Shown here: one piece after another, positions 15,595 through 20,000 of the stretch
Numbering within the stretch: position 1 is the first letter of the stretch
How the letters are laid out: each line of letters opens with the position of its first letter
Assembly: GCA_964576115.1 (NCBI GenBank)
Contig: CAZNUA010000016.1
Location: forward strand, 50,956 to 70,955
Source of the DNA: an uncultured Gemmatimonadota bacterium
Lineage (GTDB): Bacteria; Blakebacterota; Blakebacteria; Blakebacterales; Blakebacteraceae
Reading direction: 5' to 3'
Length of the DNA stretch: 20,000 bases
Notes under the pieces: model-generated
What the model was told of the DNA's origin: nothing
What the model saw: the letters and a program-made list of their open reading frames with translations, nothing else
Database searches by the model: none
Translations under genes and position numbers: made by a program

Positions 15595-16701
15595 TTACAG
15601 ATTCTCGATCTCCCGCTGCAGGGCCAGCAGGCGGTCCAGATCACCGTGCACATCCACACCGGCACACCGGCCTGTGCCGTGGTAGAGGGTCGTCATTGAC
15701 GTCCGGTTCACCCCGCCGCGTTCTGAGAGGCGAACCTCGACCTCTCCGTTCAGGGTCTCGCTGACCCGAACATGCATCCTCTCGCGGTCCGGACCACGCA
15801 GTAACCCGCCCGATTCGTAGCCGACCGTCATCTCCAGACGTCGGCGGCGATCCGAAACCACCCATTCGACCCTGTCGTCGGTGATAGCGAGGTGCTCGGT
15901 CCGGGCCCCGGTGTAGGTCGCAAAGCGGTAGAGGGTGCGCTCGCGCTGCAAACCGATGATGAACCCGTCGAAGGCTCCGCGCAACCAGGGGATGACCGCG
16001 ATCGAGGCCGTCAGGGAGGTACCCGGGGAATTGAAATGATTGGATTGGATCCACACCCAGGCAGCGGGAAAGCAGCGGCCCCAGTCCTTCTCGGTATAGC
16101 CGCGCCCGCCGTCGAAGGCGACCTCGCGCCCGGCGATGGAGAAGGTGCCCTCCAGGGTATGATCCAGACTCAACACGCCATGATAGCACTCCATGAAGGG
16201 CACCCAGGCGTAGGGTCCCATGATTCCGGGTGAGCGCAGGGTCACCGGCCAGGGGGTGGTGTCCGAAAAGCGCACCTCGCCCTGCAGCGAACCGGGGATT
16301 GCCATCCCGGCACGGTTCTGCCCCGCTCTGCCCACACCAGACCCGTTCTCCGCCCCGGGCGTGTCTTCCGTTTCCTCACTCCGCTCCGTCAGATCGAGAA
16401 CGATCCGGTCGGCGGTGAAGAGATTGTTCCCGATGCGGATCTCGAAGCGGTCGGGGGCCGCCTGGAAGGCCCCGGGAGGAAAGCGGTGATAAGCAGCTGT
16501 GCCACAGCTGCCGTCGAGAACCTGGATGAAGGCGTGGCGCTCGGCGGGATCGGAACTCAGGAAGATCCCGGGGATCACGGCCAGACGGTTGTCTTCGGTG
16601 CCGTCAACCAGCTTGTAGTACCAGCCTTCGAAGAAGGGCGGCCGGCGGCCCCGGCCGTGGTAGCGTTCGGGGTGCTGCAGATGCCGGAGCCAGAGCCACA
16701 C
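15595..16701 (-). CDS. Tocopherol cyclase family protein
   Basis: HPERYHG...PFFEGWYYK, AVIPG, GIMGPYAWVPFMECYHGVLSLDH, GRGYTEKDWGRCFP..WVWIQSN, A.IPW...F.GF. Likely GTG start at 16701 (MWLWLRHLQHP), 4 nt after the upstream stop and preceded by GGGAG/GAGG; the 16830 start overlaps the SDR gene. Confidence 0.85.
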   Translation of the reverse strand: MWLWLRHLQHPERYHGRGRRPPFFEGWYYKLVDGTEDNRLAVIPGIFLSSDPAERHAFIQVLDGSCGTAAYHRFPPGAFQAAPDRFEIRIGNNLFTADRIVLDLTERSEETEDTPGAENGSGVGRAGQNRAGMAIPGSLQGEVRFSDTTPWPVTLRSPGIMGPYAWVPFMECYHGVLSLDHTLEGTFSIAGREVAFDGGRGYTEKDWGRCFPAAWVWIQSNHFNSPGTSLTASIAVIPWLRGAFDGFIIGLQRERTLYRFATYTGARTEHLAITDDRVEWVVSDRRRRLEMTVGYESGGLLRGPDRERMHVRVSETLNGEVEVRLSERGGVNRTSMTTLYHGTGRCAGVDVHGDLDRLLALQREIENL

Positions 16702-16705
16702 ACCC

Positions 16706-18391
16706 TCACTCCCCGTTCCCGGTTCCGCCGGATCGGTCACGACCGGCATCCCGCAGGGCGGCAGAATCACGGGCAGGAGTTGTACCAACAGCGGAACCGC
16801 TGGCATCGGCAGCAACGGCAGCGGAGCCATCTGCTGCTTGAGAACCGGCAGCGGCCAATTGCAGGGCCGTCCGCCGGATACCCGCGATCATCCCCCCGAA
16901 AATGATCTTGTGCAGGGGATACAGGGCATACCAGTAGAGCAGCCCGAAGAGCCCGCGGGGTTTGAAGAGAGCGGTCTGGACGAGTTCGGTTCGTTCGGAC
17001 CCGGTCTGATCTGCAGTTCTTTCCGAAACGCTATCCCCGGTTCCCTGATCCTGCGCCGTGCCCCTGCCCGTTTGTACCGGTTCGAGATGGAAACCGAGCA
17101 GGGCCTCGCCGGGCAGTTTCATCTCGGCTCTGAGCCGCAGGTCCCGGTTCTCCTCCAGGCCGGTTACCCGCCAGAAATCGAGAGCCTCACCATAAGCGAT
17201 CCGTTCGGGATCGCGGCGACCGCGCCGCAGACCGGGCCCGCCGACCAGACGGTCGAGCAGTCCGCGGATCCGCCACAGCCAGTCGGCCGCATACCACCCG
17301 TGCCCGCCCCCGACCCGGCCGACGGCCCGGAAGACGTGCTCGGGAGAAGCGTCGATGACGGCCCGATACTCTTCGCGGAAGGTGGTACCGCCGGCCCAGT
17401 CGGGGTCGCCGGGGATGGGACCGGCCATCGACCAGGTGGTCGGCACCCGGTGATTGCGCTCACTCTCGAGGGCCACCCGTATCGCCTCGCGGATCGAGAG
17501 CAAATCCTGAGGCATGAGTTCGGACGCAGCGCCGTCACGGCAAACCACTTCGTTGCGCAGCCCCTCGGCCAGGGGGCGGGCGATATCGGCGCTGATCGGC
17601 GTTACCAGGTGGATCCAGAGGGAGCTGAGCCATGGAGTGAGAACCGGTACGGGGATGATCAGCCGACGTCTCAGGCCTCTCTCTTCAGCCATGATCTGCA
17701 TGATCTCGGTGTAGGTCATGATATCGGGGCCGCCGATATCGAGCACCCGGCCGTAGGTTTCCGGCACCTCGATGCAATCCGTCAGGTAGGTGATGACGTT
17801 GCGCACCGCGATCGGCTGGCAGCGGATCTGGACCCACTTCGGAGTAGTCATGACCGGCAGGCGCTCGACCAGGTAGCGCAGGGTTTCGAAGGAAGCCGAG
17901 CCCGAGCCGATAATCATGGCCGCCCGCAGTTCGGTCACCGGCACCGGACCGGAGGCCAGCACCGCTCCGACCTCGCGCCGGCTGCTCAGGTGAGCCGAGA
18001 GATCATCGCCCAGCTCGCCCAGCCCGCCGAGGTAGACGATACGCTCCAGGCCGGCTTCAGCGGCCGCCCGGGCGAATCGTTCGGCCATCTCGCGGTCGCG
18101 GCGGACGTATTCCGAACCGGCCGAGAGCATGCTGTGCACCAGATAGTAGGCCGGCCCGCAGCCGGCCATGGCTGTGATGAGACCGGAGATGTCCTTGTCG
18201 AAGAGATCGCCCGACACGATCTCGACCCGGGGATCGCCGGCCCACTCCCGGCCGGCCAGTTTGCCGGGCGAACGGGCGAAACAGCGCACCCGGTGGCCCC
18301 GCTCGAGCAGAGCCGGCACCAGCCTTCCACCGATATAACCGGTCGCGCCGGTGACGAAGACCGGACGGTTGGTATCCGGATCTGCCGCCAT
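16706..18391 (-). CDS. Atypical SDR / NAD(P)-binding oxidoreductase with C-terminal DUF2867 domain (YbjT-like)
   Basis: TGATGYIGGRL Rossmann motif, AYYLVHSM, YLGGLG, SAHLSSRREV, RAAMIIGSGSASFE, CQPIA. C-terminal GG.HGWY...LW..RG..D...GG.GLRRGRR, LDFWRV, AEMKLPG, GLFGLLYWY...H..IF.GM. Confidence 0.9.
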   Translation of the reverse strand: MAADPDTNRPVFVTGATGYIGGRLVPALLERGHRVRCFARSPGKLAGREWAGDPRVEIVSGDLFDKDISGLITAMAGCGPAYYLVHSMLSAGSEYVRRDREMAERFARAAAEAGLERIVYLGGLGELGDDLSAHLSSRREVGAVLASGPVPVTELRAAMIIGSGSASFETLRYLVERLPVMTTPKWVQIRCQPIAVRNVITYLTDCIEVPETYGRVLDIGGPDIMTYTEIMQIMAEERGLRRRLIIPVPVLTPWLSSLWIHLVTPISADIARPLAEGLRNEVVCRDGAASELMPQDLLSIREAIRVALESERNHRVPTTWSMAGPIPGDPDWAGGTTFREEYRAVIDASPEHVFRAVGRVGGGHGWYAADWLWRIRGLLDRLVGGPGLRRGRRDPERIAYGEALDFWRVTGLEENRDLRLRAEMKLPGEALLGFHLEPVQTGRGTAQDQGTGDSVSERTADQTGSERTELVQTALFKPRGLFGLLYWYALYPLHKIIFGGMIAGIRRTALQLAAAGSQAADGSAAVAADASGSAVGTTPARDSAALRDAGRDRSGGTGNGE

Positions 18392-19203
18392 CAGAAGGCG
18401 ATCCGCACGCCGGCCGAGAGGTAGTTGATCAGGGCGAAAGTGTAGACTTCGTCGACATCGGCTCCCCCTTCGAGGATGCGGTAGCCGCCGTAGGCCGAAA
18501 TCCGGTCATTGACCAGATACCGCACGCCCACGAGCACATCCTCGGCCCGCCCCTGCGGCGCGGCCAGGGCGTCCCCGGCCATGATGAGGTGGAGCCGGTC
18601 GGTGGCCTTCCAGGTCAGATCGAAGTTGATGAGCGGGACGAAACCGGTATTCGGCTTCTCGGCCTTCTGCCCGCCCCCCTCGATCGTGATCGCGGCCGAG
18701 CGGAGCTTTATGGTTCCCCCGAGCCCCCAGATGAAGCGTTCGGAACCCCGCATGGCGAAGCGCCAGGTCGCCCGGTAGGAGTCGAAACGGTAGGTACCGG
18801 TCAGCGGCGTGCCGGCGGGAAAGGTCGTGCCCTCGAAAGTGACATCACGGTCGATCGAACCGGTCGAGCTGAAGCGCAGGGGCGCGGCCAGCAGCATGAG
18901 GGTGCTCTTCTCGCTGATCTGCCAGGCCAGGCGCAGGCGGACGAAAGCGGTGGGATCGGCTTCGAGCTCCTCCGAAAGTGAGAAGAGGGTCCCCGTCGTG
19001 CCCGGAATGCGTACGTCGTTGTAGCCGCTGATCGCCACGCCGGTCTCGACCTGAGCCCAGTAGCGAAAGGCCTGGCGGTCTCCTGCCGGTGAGAGAGCTC
19101 CATTCTGCGCAGCGACATCCGCAGTGGTCCCGAGCAGCCCGGGCAGAACCGTCGTCAAGGCTGCCGTCAGGGCTGCCGTTGTCAGGATCCTTGTGCTTTT
19201 CAT
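18391..19203 (-). CDS. Putative outer-membrane beta-barrel protein (hypothetical)
   Basis: Sec signal peptide (MKSTRILTTAALTAALTTVL...VAA-Q), alternating amphipathic beta-strands and C-terminal beta-signal LSAGVRIAF. GAGG RBS. The stop overlaps the next start (TGATG at 18393-18389). Confidence 0.75.
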   Translation of the reverse strand: MKSTRILTTAALTAALTTVLPGLLGTTADVAAQNGALSPAGDRQAFRYWAQVETGVAISGYNDVRIPGTTGTLFSLSEELEADPTAFVRLRLAWQISEKSTLMLLAAPLRFSSTGSIDRDVTFEGTTFPAGTPLTGTYRFDSYRATWRFAMRGSERFIWGLGGTIKLRSAAITIEGGGQKAEKPNTGFVPLINFDLTWKATDRLHLIMAGDALAAPQGRAEDVLVGVRYLVNDRISAYGGYRILEGGADVDEVYTFALINYLSAGVRIAF

Positions 19204-19318
19204 ACCTCACTACCCTCCGCAGGTCGGTCATTGTCTATTGCTGCCCCGGCACTCACCGTATTCCGATCCGCTCCTGAGGCGGCACAGGAATCCGTAACCG
19301 CTTCAGTAACAGTAATGG

Positions 19319-19351
19319 TTCTTAATAAATACATTGTCCTTACTATGTCCA
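19319..19351 (-). promoter_or_regulatory. AT-rich promoter/operator region with 11-bp-period direct repeats (TGGACA / AGGACA)
   Basis: Minus strand reads TGGACATAGTA-AGGACAATGTA-TTTATTAAGAA. The first two 11-mers are 8/11 identical. TGGACA resembles a -35 box. The site lies about 115-150 bp upstream of the operon's first ATG. Confidence 0.5.
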
Positions 19352-19482
19352 GCAGAACCCGGTGAGGGAAATCCGATGGAGTAACAGAGAATTGCGGACA
19401 ACCGTCTGAGTCAATCTGCCTGCGCTTTCAAGCCGTCACCCACGGTCCGGAGCCGGTTCCCGCTCGATGGAGATCTCCCGGA

Positions 19483-19785
19483 TCAGATCAAATGCGGCGG
19501 GTCCAGCTCCCCTTTTCGGATGCGTGACCAGGTCCACCAGTCCCGCAGTTCGGCCGGCAGATCGGGATCCCGAGCCTGGGCGATGGAGCAGTTAAAGACA
19601 TCCAGAACACAGGGATCGATGCGCCGGCCCCGCAAGCCGCAGAGCCGGTTGTAGAGCTTTACCCCATCCTGTCGGGAAAGCTCTTCAACACTAGTGATGC
19701 TCAAGTCGTGGAGATCAGCGAGGATGGAGGGGCCGATGCCGCGTAGGTCGATCAACTGCCGTGCCGCCGACTGATTATCAGCCAT
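19483..19785 (-). CDS. Helix-hairpin-helix / Cdd1 (pathogenicity locus, mitomycin-resistance-associated) family small protein
   Basis: LIDLRGIGPSI..DL..L.I.SVEEL...D...LY.RLC...G...DPCVLDVF...I..A......WW.WS matches the family pattern. Start placed at MADNQ (19785), which has AGGAG upstream; 19827 is an alternative. Confidence 0.82.
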   Translation of the reverse strand: MADNQSAARQLIDLRGIGPSILADLHDLSITSVEELSRQDGVKLYNRLCGLRGRRIDPCVLDVFNCSIAQARDPDLPAELRDWWTWSRIRKGELDPPHLI

Positions 19786-19911
19786 TATCCTGAAATCTCC
19801 TGCTTCCTGGTCTTCATGCGACTCCATTGGTCGTTACCAGAGTATCTTCCCGTCGGCACGAAAAAAAGGCGAAAATCATATCTCTGGGACCGATCCTCTC
19901 TCGAGCTGAGT

Positions 19912-20000
19912 CTATAGCTCCGCGAGCAGCCTTTGTGCCTCTTCCGCCCGCTCGTGCTCGGGCCGGGTTGTGAGGATGTGCTGGTAGACCCTCTCTGCCC
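19912..20000 (-). CDS. C-terminal fragment of a probable TPR-containing protein (runs off the window)
   Basis: Minus-strand translation AERVYQHILTTRPEHERAEEAQRLLAEL* (TAG 19914-19912) has the A..Y...L...P....A..A...L pattern of a terminal TPR helix pair. Confidence 0.55.
   Translation of the reverse strand, partial: AERVYQHILTTRPEHERAEEAQRLLAEL

Noticed and set aside
16838-18424. 528-aa plus-strand ORF (also 8937-10157, 13689-14588, 14596-15699, 8146-9384, 11255-12343)
   Set aside because: Antisense or alternative-frame shadows overlapping well-supported genes, with Arg/Pro/Gly-rich or motif-free translations.
19861-19867. A7 tract (T7 on minus strand) as terminator of the TPR-like gene or a phase-variable site
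   Set aside because: No preceding GC hairpin on the minus strand, and the tract is short and intergenic.

Overview
GC-rich bacterial DNA. A C-terminal FlgD-Ig/T9SS-type sorting domain suggests an FCB-group lineage such as Gemmatimonadota, Latescibacterota or similar (inference). The left 7.8 kb is the 3' part of a giant secreted/surface protein that starts before the window. It has four six-bladed Kelch propellers, each inserted inside an Ig-like domain and alternating with a second Ig-like domain, then more Ig-like domains, a dockerin-like pair, a cohesin-like domain and the sorting domain. Next come a Ser/Thr kinase with an inverted kinase-TM-CHASE2-3TM layout, a putative lipoprotein and a long-form KamA-like radical SAM enzyme. 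The best candidate for an undescribed system is a tight five-gene minus-strand operon (19203->13371): outer-membrane beta-barrel, YbjT-like NAD(P)-binding/DUF2867 protein, tocopherol-cyclase-family protein, MenA/UbiA prenyltransferase and a LOV-PP2C (SpoIIE) phosphatase. Its AT-rich upstream region has 11-bp-spaced GGACA repeats resembling a CarH/LitR-type operator. Together this suggests a light/photo-oxidative-stress module that may make a prenylated chromanol-type antioxidant. The window ends with a Cdd1/HhH small protein and the C-terminus of a TPR-like protein. All family calls come from motif recognition by eye; no searches were run.
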